A stretch of 64,000 nt of DNA, from sequence record OV876907; one strand, 5' to 3'. Each line of letters begins with the position of its first letter. The first letter of the stretch is position 1. The position numbers and the translations under genes are program-made. The notes beneath the pieces were generated by a model. It saw only the letters and a program-made list of their open reading frames with translations. It did not search any database and had not been told where the DNA came from. The DNA is from Escherichia phage UGJNEcP3. Shown here one piece after another: positions 50,549-60,131 of the stretch.

Positions 50549-50659
50549 TCAGAAGTTAAAGAATACACGTACATGGTCAATCATAAAAACGATTGGGAAA
50601 ATGCTCAATACCATTAACAACACAAACATGTTCCAAATTGCTTTAAGTAAGTTTTTCAT
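50549..50659 (-). CDS. small hydrophobic peptide, 36 aa (absent from ORF track)
   Basis: MKNLLKAIWNMFVLLMVLSIFPIVFMIDHVRVFFNF; first gene after promoter module at about 50671-50700. Confidence 0.35.
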   Translation of the reverse strand: MKNLLKAIWNMFVLLMVLSIFPIVFMIDHVRVFFNF

Positions 50660-50804
50660 AATCATCTCCATTAGTTGATAGGTCTATAGTATCATGATTA
50701 ATGGAGATGTATACCGATTTATGCCAATTTCCACAACAATAAACTAAAACATACGCAAATCACTGGGATACAGGCCATCCAAATAAGGCACCACGTTTTG
50801 CTAC

Positions 50805-51071
50805 TCAAAACACCACCTCTTTTATCTCAATCAATCCCCTGTACAATGCAGTGCGGAGGTCATAAAGAATATCTATGCCGTCAACATTATCCAGTTTTCC
50901 ATCAATAAGCTTTTCTAAATCTTCCTTTGATGCGATTAAAGGACGGAGAAATTTACATTCAGAAAGAGATAACTCTGTAGTAACATCATCACCTTCACCT
51001 GACGCGTCATACATAGCGGCAACAACCATGCCTGTAACTTTGTGTTTAGCGTAATATAATTTGATATCCAT
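50805..51071 (-). CDS. hypothetical acidic protein (start re-set; track M1 lies in the promoter leader)
   Basis: ATG at 51071 preceded by GAGGAGAACAAA; upstream promoter module. Confidence 0.4.
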   Translation of the reverse strand: MDIKLYYAKHKVTGMVVAAMYDASGEGDDVTTELSLSECKFLRPLIASKEDLEKLIDGKLDNVDGIDILYDLRTALYRGLIEIKEVVF

Positions 51072-51127
51072 TTTGTTCTCCTCATTAGTTGATAGGAAGA
51101 TAGTAACACCATCCATGGCATTATAAC

Positions 51128-51355
51128 TTAAGCAATGGAATGTTTTGGATGCTGTTTAGCCCAACCTACTAAAAATTCCCAATACTTTTCGATAGAACCG
51201 TAAAGATTAATTACCGTAGGAGTGGTAACTTCAGTCCAATCTTTTTGAACATTACCTGTTTTAATATTGGTAAGCTTGTGAAACACTTTACCGTTCTCAA
51301 ATTTATATTCTTCGATTTTACGATTGATTGCTTTAACAGAAGTAATAGAAGTCAT
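51128..51355 (-). CDS. hypothetical protein (start re-set)
   Basis: ATG at 51355 preceded by GAGAGGAAAATATT; upstream promoter module at about 51375-51415. Confidence 0.4.
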   Translation of the reverse strand: MTSITSVKAINRKIEEYKFENGKVFHKLTNIKTGNVQKDWTEVTTPTVINLYGSIEKYWEFLVGWAKQHPKHSIA

Positions 51356-51431
51356 AATATTTTCCTCTCGTGTAGTTGATAGGAAGATAGTAACACCATC
51401 CATGGCGTATGTAAACACTTATTTTAAAAAA

Positions 51432-51950
51432 TTATAAGGCGAGATACCAGCCGTTGTAATTGCTCTTACGGACTAGCTTTGTGATGGCTTCTCTGTCGCC
51501 AGAGAACTTAGGAGTGAACAGGACGTCGCCTGCCTCATTTACTGAAGTGTCGAATATAATTATACAGTCTGCAACTTTATGATTCAAGAGCGGTCCCAGG
51601 TTAATCCCTGTTCCATAAGGGAAGTCACCGGAGTATCCTGTAGTACAGGAAATCCACTTAGAATCTGATTGATGGGTCTTGACCTCTACACGTAGTCCAC
51701 AATACATAGGATGAGCTAAAACATCCCATGCATAGGTATAAGGGTCGTCATGGTCTTCCAGACCACTGTTAACATATCCTTTCAACCAATCAGCCACCAT
51801 ATACTCGGCATACGTTGCAATGACACACCGAGTCAATACTTCTTTCTTATCTTGGGACGGGTCTTGGCTTAAGGAATACAGTACGGTATCCTTAATCTTA
51901 ACCTTCATTTCGCCTGTTAAATCAGATGTCTTCAGGGTAAATGTCGGCAT
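51432..51950 (-). CDS. hypothetical protein (possible DenB-region gene by synteny; start uncertain)
   Basis: Track ORF of 193 aa overlaps the upstream gene; internal ATG at 51950. Lies between rIIB and ndd where T4 has denB; identity not confirmed. Confidence 0.3.
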   Translation of the reverse strand: MPTFTLKTSDLTGEMKVKIKDTVLYSLSQDPSQDKKEVLTRCVIATYAEYMVADWLKGYVNSGLEDHDDPYTYAWDVLAHPMYCGLRVEVKTHQSDSKWISCTTGYSGDFPYGTGINLGPLLNHKVADCIIIFDTSVNEAGDVLFTPKFSGDREAITKLVRKSNYNGWYLAL

Positions 51951-52230
51951 CGCTGCCAATCGGAGTAGTCCCGGGTTCGTCTTCACCATAAATGCCTCGA
52001 ATATGAAGTTCACCGTAATAAATTCGGTCGTCGGGTTCTAAAGTATCAGAATCCGCTAAAGGAAACTCGCCTTCGACCACCTCATCGCATTCTAAAAAAG
52101 CGTAATGAACATCGCCAGGGTGTTTAACGAGCTTAGCACAATAAACAGTACCTGCTTTATGGAACCCGCGCAAATTAGAAATCTTGATATCACGTTCACC
52201 GACATTCAGGTAATTAATCATTTTACTCAC
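51922..52230 (-). CDS. hypothetical acidic protein
   Basis: 102 aa ORF. Confidence 0.4.
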   Translation of the reverse strand: MSKMINYLNVGERDIKISNLRGFHKAGTVYCAKLVKHPGDVHYAFLECDEVVEGEFPLADSDTLEPDDRIYYGELHIRGIYGEDEPGTTPIGSDADIYPEDI

Positions 52231-52420
52231 CGAAATAAGAAATACGAACCTCTAAACAATGAGCATAAGCACCCATCGCGTCCAGTTGTGCAATCAGTAA
52301 CCCTTGTTGACGGATATCAAGAGTTTCAAAAACACTACCTTCAATAAAGGTTTCTAGTGCATTAATTTTAAGAACTAACTGGTCGTATTCTTCAACTACA
52401 CGCGCTTGAAAACCTAACAT
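52223..52420 (-). CDS. hypothetical protein
   Basis: 65 aa ORF directly preceded by hairpin plus GAGGAAAUU RBS. Confidence 0.4.
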   Translation of the reverse strand: MLGFQARVVEEYDQLVLKINALETFIEGSVFETLDIRQQGLLIAQLDAMGAYAHCLEVRISYFGE

Positions 52421-52432
52421 AATTTCCTCTTA

Positions 52433-52448
52433 GGAGGCCGAAGCCTCC
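52433..52448 (-). promoter_or_regulatory. GGAGGCUUCGGCCUCC hairpin immediately upstream of an RBS
   Basis: Identical 16 nt palindrome to 15054-15069; 10 nt after the rIIB stop and 3 nt before GAGGAAAUU-AUG. Confidence 0.5.
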
Positions 52449-52458
52449 GTTTATTGAT

Positions 52459-53490
52459 TTAGTATTTGTATTCGTTTGCGAACTGTTCAGTGACGTCTTC
52501 CAGAACTTCATAATAACATACACGCATTTTAGCATCACCGTAATCGACCGGGATACTAACAACATCACGTGGGTTAACTTTACATGAAACTACTTTACAG
52601 CTTGAGTTACCAAAATGACCGATATAGCTACGAGAGCAAACGTGCAGACCACTTGAACAAGTTACTTCATCATCGTCATTTACACGAGAACGTGGCATTT
52701 TAACCGGTTTGCCTGGTGAGTTATCAAACGTACCGGTACGACAGTCGGTGTAATCAGAGTTAACTACCTTCCACGTAATAAAGTGGCCATCTTCAGTAAT
52801 TTTGATGTCGTTTGCCACCAGGAAGTCGAACAGACGCTGTACAGCTTTTTCGCTTGGGTTTTCTAACAGGTTTTCAAGGAACGGCAGGTAGAATTCGAAG
52901 TCTTCACCATTTTCCATTGAAGTGATAATACGGTCAATCAGCCCTGAACGCAATTCAATGCCTTGGTAAACCAGCCGTCCACCTTCAATACGAACGTTAC
53001 CTTTAACAAATGCTTTAACAGCTTCTTTAATAGAAATCAGTTTAATTGCATCATCGAAACGGGATTCTTTAAGAGCCTGTACGATGGCATCGAAATGTTT
53101 ATTCTTATTAGTAGTGTTCCATACTGTACGACCTTCAGTGATGGATACGAATTTAGAACTGGCATTCCAAATAATTTCAGGACGAGAACCACCAATAGTG
53201 GCTTCAACAGGAACAACCAGCAGGTTAGGAACTGTTACCGTAACATTTCCGGTAATAACCACTTCTGTTGGGGCGTTAAGAGGTACAGTAGGTGCTTTTT
53301 TAAGAGATTCGGCCATAGAATTAGCCACTTGAGAACGTTTAGCTTCTTCAGCATTTTTCAGGACTTTACGAATGGTATCAACCGAAACACTGTACCAATC
53401 GGCTAGTTCTTGCTGGGTATAATTACCAGATTTATAGAGGGAAACTACTTGCTCTTGTTCAGATTTAGCCAGACACTTAATATTGTACAT
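52459..53490 (-). CDS. rIIB: rIIB protein
   Basis: 343 aa; N-terminus MYNIKCLAKSEQEQVVSLYKSGNYTQQELADW..VSVDTIRKVLKNAEEAKR matches recalled T4 rIIB. Confidence 0.9.
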   Translation of the reverse strand: MYNIKCLAKSEQEQVVSLYKSGNYTQQELADWYSVSVDTIRKVLKNAEEAKRSQVANSMAESLKKAPTVPLNAPTEVVITGNVTVTVPNLLVVPVEATIGGSRPEIIWNASSKFVSITEGRTVWNTTNKNKHFDAIVQALKESRFDDAIKLISIKEAVKAFVKGNVRIEGGRLVYQGIELRSGLIDRIITSMENGEDFEFYLPFLENLLENPSEKAVQRLFDFLVANDIKITEDGHFITWKVVNSDYTDCRTGTFDNSPGKPVKMPRSRVNDDDEVTCSSGLHVCSRSYIGHFGNSSCKVVSCKVNPRDVVSIPVDYGDAKMRVCYYEVLEDVTEQFANEYKY

Positions 53491-53504
53491 AATATTTCCT
53501 TAGA

Positions 53505-55715
53505 TTAAGCCGCTTCCACGGCTTTCATGAATTTAACGATTTGAGCTACAGAAGCCTCGGTAATGGATGTTCCACGACGATACATGTAGTCCGAAACTAA
53601 ATGGTAATCAGATTCAAACTGTACAGTCATTTTATCATTGTTGCTTGAAGCATTATTGGTTAACGTATTAAACGTATTGTTACAAATTCTCTTGGTGATA
53701 TTCAATTTATCATCAGTGATATAACCATGGAAATTCGTATAACGGAATATATCATAGAAATTACTCAGACGAGTATATGCTTCAGACACAGGCTTATCAC
53801 TGAAATACTTGGTCATGAAACCGAGCTCAGGGAACTTAGCAATGATTTCAAGATAATACCTTGCACGGGTATTACTGCCAATATAATCATCAATATCTAC
53901 AGCATCTAATGCTTCAGCATAAGCTTCTAACGTGGTTTCCATCAAGCATTCGCACTGGCCTAACTTTTTAATCTTTTTAGCAATCTGAGGGCGAATGATA
54001 TGGAATTCGGTAACACCAATCAAATTAGCCATACGACACATGGTAGTGGTATTGATGTCAAAGATACCATAAGCTTCGTCCATTCCCATAATATCAGAAC
54101 GACTGCCAAACAGGACATAACCGGTAATTTCTTCTGCTTCAGCGGTGGTCAAATACATGGTCTCTGTTTGCCAGCGCCCGTCTTTAATGAACCAACGATA
54201 AGCACTTGGTGTTTTAGGACGAGGTTCTGATGAACGAACAGTAACCGGAATCCATGGCTTAACAATTTTATTCAGTTCAGAGACTTTATAAAAATGAATT
54301 GTGTCACCTTTAAAAAGTTCTTTAACCTTTTCAAGTTGTTGCATTTGCAACATTGAATTCGGGTCGACAAAAATAAGGTCAGTTCCGTATTTAGGAATAT
54401 TATGCTCTTTAACAACTTTCTTGGCTGAAGCACTGTTGTCCATTGCCAGAGCCCAAAGTCCTCGAACTAATGGCACACGACCCTTTTCGTCGTCATAAAC
54501 AACATGGATTTCTTTCTTATTAATGCCTAATAAACTACTAAGTCCTGCTACCGAAGAAGTATTACCACTTGACTTAATTCGTTTCAAACGTGGGTCTGAA
54601 ACGACTTCGTAAACAACGCCTAAATTAAGAAGGTCGTTTTGAAGTGTATATTTTTGATACAGTTTTTCAAAGGTCAATTTTTCTGTAGTAAACAGGCTAG
54701 TTCCACCTTTTTTGGTAAGATAGTCACGAGCACTGTAACCAAGGTTAGAAAGGTCACGATAAACATGACGTGGGTTATCAGATTCAACCCATTCACGGGT
54801 ATCATTTTTAAAGACTACCGCATCCAGTGCTTCGATACGAGTTGCAATATTTTCCATCGTACGTTTATCAAGAGACAACACTTCACGAGACGGAGCAATA
54901 TCCAGTGAACCCATAGGGAACTTAATATAAACTACATCATGGCGAGTACGCATCCATGTGCCTTTAATATAAGCTGAATCCAATGGATAAACAATACCAC
55001 CATAAACGGCATAAAGTCCTGAACGTTCGAAATCTCTGTAACCGCTATCTGTTACAGCATAGTAGTCATCAAACTCAGGGAAATAATCAATTTCAGCCCC
55101 ATCGACATCACCAAGACCAATGAATGGACGCATGATATAACGAACTTCAGTTTCAAACTTACGGAAATCTTCTTCATCCACAGGAACTGTGATTTCGATA
55201 CCTGTTTTATCACCTGGCTGCATAGGTTCTACGAAAGTAGGTTTAATCTGTGGTCCGTCACCATCCATATAAGCTACATAACCACGAACTTCGCCATTAT
55301 GCCATGAGGTAATATTAAACGTTTCGGTATAACTGAACGGAGATTTTGAACCAAGGCCAAAGCCGCCGATGAAATCATTAGAAGCCGTTTTGGACGACGC
55401 GAAATAAGAGTTATACAAACCTGTTTCGTTTTCATCACCACGAATTTGGAAATCGCTCATACCCGGCCCGAAGTCACGGCATACGAAACGAGGGTCCAGT
55501 TTACCAGGGACCTGTACTTTCCAACGTTCTTTATTACCATTCAGAATATGGGCGTCAATCATGTTGGTAATTAGTTCACGGACTACAGCGCGCACCTTAT
55601 TACTATAAAGGTCTGATGACAGAATTTTAAAGACCTTAGGCGATGCCTGGATAGTAAAGCCTGTGGACTTAGCACCATTACCAATGATTTGTTCTTTTTC
55701 GGTTTCGATAATCAT
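53505..55715 (-). CDS. rIIA: rIIA protein (GHKL-type ATPase fold)
   Basis: 736 aa; MIIETEKEQIIGNG..., N-box VVRELITNMIDAH, G-boxes DFGPGM and GGFGLGSKS; near-identical in blocks to recalled T4 rIIA. Confidence 0.9.
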   Translation of the reverse strand: MIIETEKEQIIGNGAKSTGFTIQASPKVFKILSSDLYSNKVRAVVRELITNMIDAHILNGNKERWKVQVPGKLDPRFVCRDFGPGMSDFQIRGDENETGLYNSYFASSKTASNDFIGGFGLGSKSPFSYTETFNITSWHNGEVRGYVAYMDGDGPQIKPTFVEPMQPGDKTGIEITVPVDEEDFRKFETEVRYIMRPFIGLGDVDGAEIDYFPEFDDYYAVTDSGYRDFERSGLYAVYGGIVYPLDSAYIKGTWMRTRHDVVYIKFPMGSLDIAPSREVLSLDKRTMENIATRIEALDAVVFKNDTREWVESDNPRHVYRDLSNLGYSARDYLTKKGGTSLFTTEKLTFEKLYQKYTLQNDLLNLGVVYEVVSDPRLKRIKSSGNTSSVAGLSSLLGINKKEIHVVYDDEKGRVPLVRGLWALAMDNSASAKKVVKEHNIPKYGTDLIFVDPNSMLQMQQLEKVKELFKGDTIHFYKVSELNKIVKPWIPVTVRSSEPRPKTPSAYRWFIKDGRWQTETMYLTTAEAEEITGYVLFGSRSDIMGMDEAYGIFDINTTTMCRMANLIGVTEFHIIRPQIAKKIKKLGQCECLMETTLEAYAEALDAVDIDDYIGSNTRARYYLEIIAKFPELGFMTKYFSDKPVSEAYTRLSNFYDIFRYTNFHGYITDDKLNITKRICNNTFNTLTNNASSNNDKMTVQFESDYHLVSDYMYRRGTSITEASVAQIVKFMKAVEAA

Positions 55716-55722
55716 ATTTTTC

Positions 55723-55926
55723 TCAATTCAGGTTACGTTTAAAAAGATCTGCCACTTCAAGGAGCTCGTCCTTAGTAGCGATGTCGTTGAGTATTTTATA
55801 TCTGATTTCTTTAAAGCGTTCTTTAAAATCCTCAGCCGCATTGATATCAAAAAATCTCTGGATTAACCTGAATTCTTTATGGACGGCTTTATCAAACAAA
55901 TCAATATTCACTTTAAAGTTTGTCAT
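55723..55926 (-). CDS. hypothetical protein
   Basis: 67 aa ORF directly upstream of rIIA. Confidence 0.4.
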   Translation of the reverse strand: MTNFKVNIDLFDKAVHKEFRLIQRFFDINAAEDFKERFKEIRYKILNDIATKDELLEVADLFKRNLN

Positions 55927-56236
55927 TTTTAACTACCTCATGTTGAACATATTCTCTGGTAGAACCTAGTTCAGCCAGAATTCTTCTCATAGAACCCATT
56001 GTACTTTTGTGCTCTCTGTGGCGATACATTATCTCTAAAACCTTTTCCTGGACAACAGGAGAGAGCGCCTGGTTATCTTTAATCTTTAAGGCAATAGATT
56101 TTACAGCCTTAAGGTATTCAAGTCCCTTACCGCTTGTAGTCACTATTCCTTCATCTTTACAGTTACGAATAGCCGTTTCCATAAAGGATAAAGCCAGGTT
56201 GCCCGTATTCACTATACTGTTATCTTGCATAATCAT
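55913..56236 (-). CDS. hypothetical protein
   Basis: 107 aa ORF. Confidence 0.4.
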   Translation of the reverse strand: MIMQDNSIVNTGNLALSFMETAIRNCKDEGIVTTSGKGLEYLKAVKSIALKIKDNQALSPVVQEKVLEIMYRHREHKSTMGSMRRILAELGSTREYVQHEVVKNDKL

Positions 56237-56292
56237 ATTCTCACCTCTTAGAGAATCGTATCATACTTTTAATCAGTTGTAAACCCCGAAAA

Positions 56293-56306
56293 GGGCCTTG
56301 CGGCCC
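56293..56306 (-). terminator. GNRA-loop hairpin terminator
   Basis: Minus strand GGGCC-GCAA-GGCCC followed by UUUUCGGGGUUU. Confidence 0.5.
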
Positions 56307-56309
56307 TTA

Positions 56310-56471
56310 TTAGTTACTTGAATCGACCTTATAGACTTGCCCGCGGGTTTGGTAAACTTCGCCGTCCCATGTTTCAACTGTGATAGTAACGTACTCTGCA
56401 AAAAGAGGACGTGTATCTGTCCAGAGATAACCATATTCACCTGTGACGAGCGTAACCCAGTACTTTCTCAT
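56310..56471 (-). CDS. hypothetical protein (start re-set; track M1 overlaps gene 39 end region)
   Basis: ATG at 56471; about 53 aa; followed by a terminator. Confidence 0.3.
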   Translation of the reverse strand: MRKYWVTLVTGEYGYLWTDTRPLFAEYVTITVETWDGEVYQTRGQVYKVDSSN

Positions 56472-56515
56472 AAAGTCTCCTTTTGTATGGCACCAATTAG
56501 TACCATACATATTTA

Positions 56516-58333
56516 TTACGACATCCAGGCCTTACGGAGTTGGGGGTCATTACCAAGGAGCATTTCGAACTGTTCTTTCCAATCTTCAGGTAATTGAACA
56601 ACATCAAATTTAGGGTCTTGAATCATTCGGCGGTATTCAGCTTTCTCAAGAGAACCTAGTCCTTTGATATACCGAATAGAATGTTTTGGTAGAGAGTCCT
56701 TAGCTTTGGTATAACTAGGAACATCATAGAACCATTCCTGTTCTTTACCGACCTGGGCAATAATTACCGGAGTTTTACAGAAACGTACTCGGCCTTGTTC
56801 GAACAATTCAGGCCATTGGCTAAAGAAGGCTAGCAATGATGGATAAATCGAACCAGTACCATCCACATCGGCATCAGTCATAATAGCAATATTACGATAG
56901 TTAGTTTTCTCTGCAGGTTCACCAATAATCAATCCAGTGATTGCACAGATATCAAATAGTTCCTTGTTCTTCATGATATCTGTTGCTGTCATTCCCCAGG
57001 TATTCATAACCTTACCACGTAATGGATAGCCACCTTGAAGGTCTTTATTACGGACTTCAATGAAAGGACCCATAGCGGAATCACCTTCGGTTAGGAACAG
57101 GGTTGTATCAGCATCTTTGCCGTATAGGTTAGCTTTAATATGCTTATGGACCTTGGCTTTAGAAGCTTTCTTAGCGGCTTTAGTTTCGGCAGCCTTTTCG
57201 GCTGCTAATTTACGTGCTAAAGCAGCTTCAACGATAGGCATAATCAACCCATCAACTTTAAGAATGGCTTGGGCAATTTTCTTGGCATCAATTTGGATAT
57301 GATTACGAATCTCACCAAACGGAGATGTTAAGCGCTCTTTAGTCTGGGAATCAAAACGCATGTTGCTCATATCACGAATGAACATCACCATCGTAAGGCA
57401 TTCTTTAACACGAGCTTTAGTTACTTCAATTCCACGGTATTTCTTTTTAATACCAGGCAGAAGATGTTCACAGATATCATCGAACACACATTCAACGTGG
57501 TGACCACCATTCTTGGTATGGATATTGTTTACATACGTCAGTTGACGGAACCCGTCCGGAGAAGGAGTAAATGCCATCGAAACATTATCAGTTTCCTGGA
57601 TTACAAAGTCTTCACCAAATTGCTTAGCATACTTTTTAAAGTTGCCATCTACTTTTTTACCATTAAAAGTAAATTGGATATCTGGATAAATTACAGCTAG
57701 TGTTTGAAGTCGGTCTAATGTAATATCCAGATAAATTTGGGACAGGCTATTTTCTTCGAAATGGTTAAAGTCCGGAGTGAATATAACCGAAGTACCCTTA
57801 CCTTTAGATTTCTTAGTAGACCAACCTTTGTTTTCCATTCCGTTTGAACAGTTAACAGTAATCTCATTCTCACCATCAGAGGTGATGCCTGTGAACAAAA
57901 CAGAGAAGATATTAGTTAAACTACTACCGACACCATTCATGCCGCCTGTCTTACGCTCAGCGTCATCTCCAAAGTTACCACCTGCCTTTGGAATAGTCCA
58001 TGCAGCTACAGGACCTGGAATTTGTTCACCATTTTGGTCGGTGACCATTGCTTGTGGAATACCACGACCATTATCAGAAACTGAAACCTGGTTATTCTTA
58101 ATTTGAACATCAATTTTATTTGCGAATTTAAAATTGGTACGAATAGCTTCATCGACAGAGTTATCAATGATTTCGTCAATTAATTTAACCAGTCCAGGAA
58201 CATAGTTTACCTGTGTAAAATTACCAAACAGGAATCGACCGTGAGCTTCATTAGCACTGGAGCCAATATACATCCCACTACGTTTTTTGATATGTTCAAT
58301 GTCGGACAGTACTTTAATTTCATTCTTAATCAT
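56516..58333 (-). CDS. 39: DNA topoisomerase II large subunit gp39, full length (includes the region encoded by gene 60 in T4)
   Basis: 605 aa; GHKL ATPase region (IDNSVDEA, DNGRGIP) plus Toprim region (TEGDSA, IMTDADVDG) in one uninterrupted ORF. Confidence 0.85.
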   Translation of the reverse strand: MIKNEIKVLSDIEHIKKRSGMYIGSSANEAHGRFLFGNFTQVNYVPGLVKLIDEIIDNSVDEAIRTNFKFANKIDVQIKNNQVSVSDNGRGIPQAMVTDQNGEQIPGPVAAWTIPKAGGNFGDDAERKTGGMNGVGSSLTNIFSVLFTGITSDGENEITVNCSNGMENKGWSTKKSKGKGTSVIFTPDFNHFEENSLSQIYLDITLDRLQTLAVIYPDIQFTFNGKKVDGNFKKYAKQFGEDFVIQETDNVSMAFTPSPDGFRQLTYVNNIHTKNGGHHVECVFDDICEHLLPGIKKKYRGIEVTKARVKECLTMVMFIRDMSNMRFDSQTKERLTSPFGEIRNHIQIDAKKIAQAILKVDGLIMPIVEAALARKLAAEKAAETKAAKKASKAKVHKHIKANLYGKDADTTLFLTEGDSAMGPFIEVRNKDLQGGYPLRGKVMNTWGMTATDIMKNKELFDICAITGLIIGEPAEKTNYRNIAIMTDADVDGTGSIYPSLLAFFSQWPELFEQGRVRFCKTPVIIAQVGKEQEWFYDVPSYTKAKDSLPKHSIRYIKGLGSLEKAEYRRMIQDPKFDVVQLPEDWKEQFEMLLGNDPQLRKAWMS

Positions 58334-58387
58334 GTTATTTCCTCATGTAGTAGGAGAATATTATCCCATTTCACTTAAAGCATAAAA

Positions 58388-58399
58388 GGGCCGAAGCCC
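58388..58399 (-). terminator. C(UUCG)G hairpin terminator
   Basis: Minus strand GGGC-UUCG-GCCC followed by UUUUAUGCUUU, directly after the stop of ORF 58400-58660. Confidence 0.45.
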
Positions 58400-58660
58400 T
58401 TAATCAAATCGAATGGTCGACTTTTTAAAGAATAGCCCAGAACAAACTGTTCCTTCAACCCTTTTACCTGTCGGACCTACAGCAATAAAGCCTGTACGTT
58501 GGAAATCATCTTCAGAGCAGCCAAATAGGTTGTATCCCGTGATTTGGATTTGTTCATAGCCATTTGCATCCAATACACGGGTAGCATTATCAGCATCAGT
58601 ACATCCAACCAGTGAAACTGCTAATACGAGAGCTGCAATAGAACGATTAATATATTTCAT
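58400..58660 (-). CDS. predicted lipoprotein of unknown function
   Basis: 86 aa; signal peptide with lipobox LVGCT (MKYINRSIAALVLAVSLVGCTDADN...); three further Cys in the mature part. Confidence 0.5.
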   Translation of the reverse strand: MKYINRSIAALVLAVSLVGCTDADNATRVLDANGYEQIQITGYNLFGCSEDDFQRTGFIAVGPTGKRVEGTVCSGLFFKKSTIRFD

Positions 58661-58850
58661 AATTTCTCACTTAGTCAGTAGGTCGTAAAACCCGCCATTA
58701 ACATGTTTAGGAGCCGAGACTAACCGAACAGCCAGCCGTTGGCAATCAGGACAAACATCATTATCTCTTTCAGATATTTTCTTGATTTTTTTCGTATTCT
58801 TTTGCACAGTCTTCTGATTGGCATTTATAATCATAAAGTGGCATCTTCTA

Positions 58851-59222
58851 TTATTCCTTAAAGTGGGCTTTCAACATCTGGTAAACTGTCCAGGCTTCAG
58901 AATTATTAGAGATAGTGATTTTAGTCAAAGGGAATTCGCTTGGCTCAGATGGAGCCGCGTCTTCGCATTCATCTTCGGTATCGTCATCTTTTTCTTCTTC
59001 AAAGAAACGACGCTCATCTTTCTTTATGAATAGGCTCGTAAATTCACCAGTTGATAATTCCATTTTATACACATCACCATCTTCAATTCTGACTGGTCTA
59101 AATCCCTCGCCATTGATTATAGTATCGGCTATATTATCATTATCTGTACATAACAAACGGAATTTGCTTTCGGCATCATTATCTTTAAAATAATACCACT
59201 TATCGGTTTCAAATTTGGTCAT
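58851..59222 (-). CDS. hypothetical acidic protein (start uncertain)
   Basis: Track ORF 58851-59315 overlaps the upstream gene; internal ATG at 59222; acidic C-terminal tract. Confidence 0.35.
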   Translation of the reverse strand: MTKFETDKWYYFKDNDAESKFRLLCTDNDNIADTIINGEGFRPVRIEDGDVYKMELSTGEFTSLFIKKDERRFFEEEKDDDTEDECEDAAPSEPSEFPLTKITISNNSEAWTVYQMLKAHFKE

Positions 59223-59433
59223 TATAATTCTCCTTCCAGAATTCAGTGCCTTCAGCAGTGATTTCACGGAACACTGCATAGATAGGGGTTTTATCACCCT
59301 GATTTTCGTATACATAAACCGACGATAAATGAGAAAACGTATCAGAATATTCCTTTTGAACCACGATTAAATCAGGGTTGAACAGAACATCTTCAAATTC
59401 TTCACGAGTCGAGTTCACAGTAACTTTAGCCAT
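59209..59433 (-). CDS. hypothetical protein
   Basis: 74 aa ORF with promoter module at about 59464-59493. Confidence 0.4.
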   Translation of the reverse strand: MAKVTVNSTREEFEDVLFNPDLIVVQKEYSDTFSHLSSVYVYENQGDKTPIYAVFREITAEGTEFWKENYNDQI

Positions 59434-59506
59434 TTTATTTTCCTCTCATTTGTTGATAGGGTAATAGTATCACACTACTACCCTGTTGTATACCACTTTT
59501 TAAACT

Positions 59507-60058
59507 TTATGCAAAATGAATATCAGCATACTCAACAATAAAACTTTCAGGAACTACTTTAAAGGTGCCAAGGAACACGATGTTATACAGCTTAACACCT
59601 TCTTCAACCCATTGGTCTGTGATATAACCGGACATGCTGGTAGTTTCGTAAGTGGGGCCATACTTGCAATTGTATTCAAACGGTTTAGGTGAAACGAAAA
59701 AGACACCTTTACCTAATTTCCATTTAAAATCAACACCAACATGAGATCGGTCAATAGTTTCAACGTCTTGAGCTACTACGCCACGGATATCATTGCTTTC
59801 ACATACATACCCATCATGGGATTCAACTTCTTCAACTACAGGAGCGATGTATCCGGTAAATTCAGTAGATTCCAAGAATTTAGCACGCACATATCCGAAT
59901 TGAGTTTCGGTCTGGCCATTTTTAGGAATAATACGCACTTTAACTTCTTTAATTCCACCTACTAAATTGGTACGAATACCTGCAACTTCAACTAAACTGC
60001 CCGCAGCTTTTGAACGAGACTTTTTGGATACACGAACAATTTCACCGATAGTAATCAT
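59507..60058 (-). CDS. hypothetical protein, paralog A of a tandem pair
   Basis: 183 aa; C-terminal block GYITDQWVEEGVKLYNIVFLGTFKVVPESF shared with ORF 60132-60680. Confidence 0.45.
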   Translation of the reverse strand: MITIGEIVRVSKKSRSKAAGSLVEVAGIRTNLVGGIKEVKVRIIPKNGQTETQFGYVRAKFLESTEFTGYIAPVVEEVESHDGYVCESNDIRGVVAQDVETIDRSHVGVDFKWKLGKGVFFVSPKPFEYNCKYGPTYETTSMSGYITDQWVEEGVKLYNIVFLGTFKVVPESFIVEYADIHFA

Positions 60059-60131
60059 AATTTTTCTCTCTTGGTTAAAGGATTATAATCCATAAGAGCC
60101 ATTATAACATGGCTCTCGATAAAGTAAACTA

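Noticed and set aside
51432-52013. Confident assignment of this ORF as endonuclease IV (denB)
   Set aside because: Only size and rough synteny support it and two other ORFs lie between it and rIIB; sequence identity could not be confirmed from memory, so it is reported as hypothetical.
55723-56510. Gene 60 with translational bypass between gene 39 and rIIA
   Set aside because: Gene 39 already encodes the Toprim region; the small ORFs in this interval show no topoisomerase similarity.
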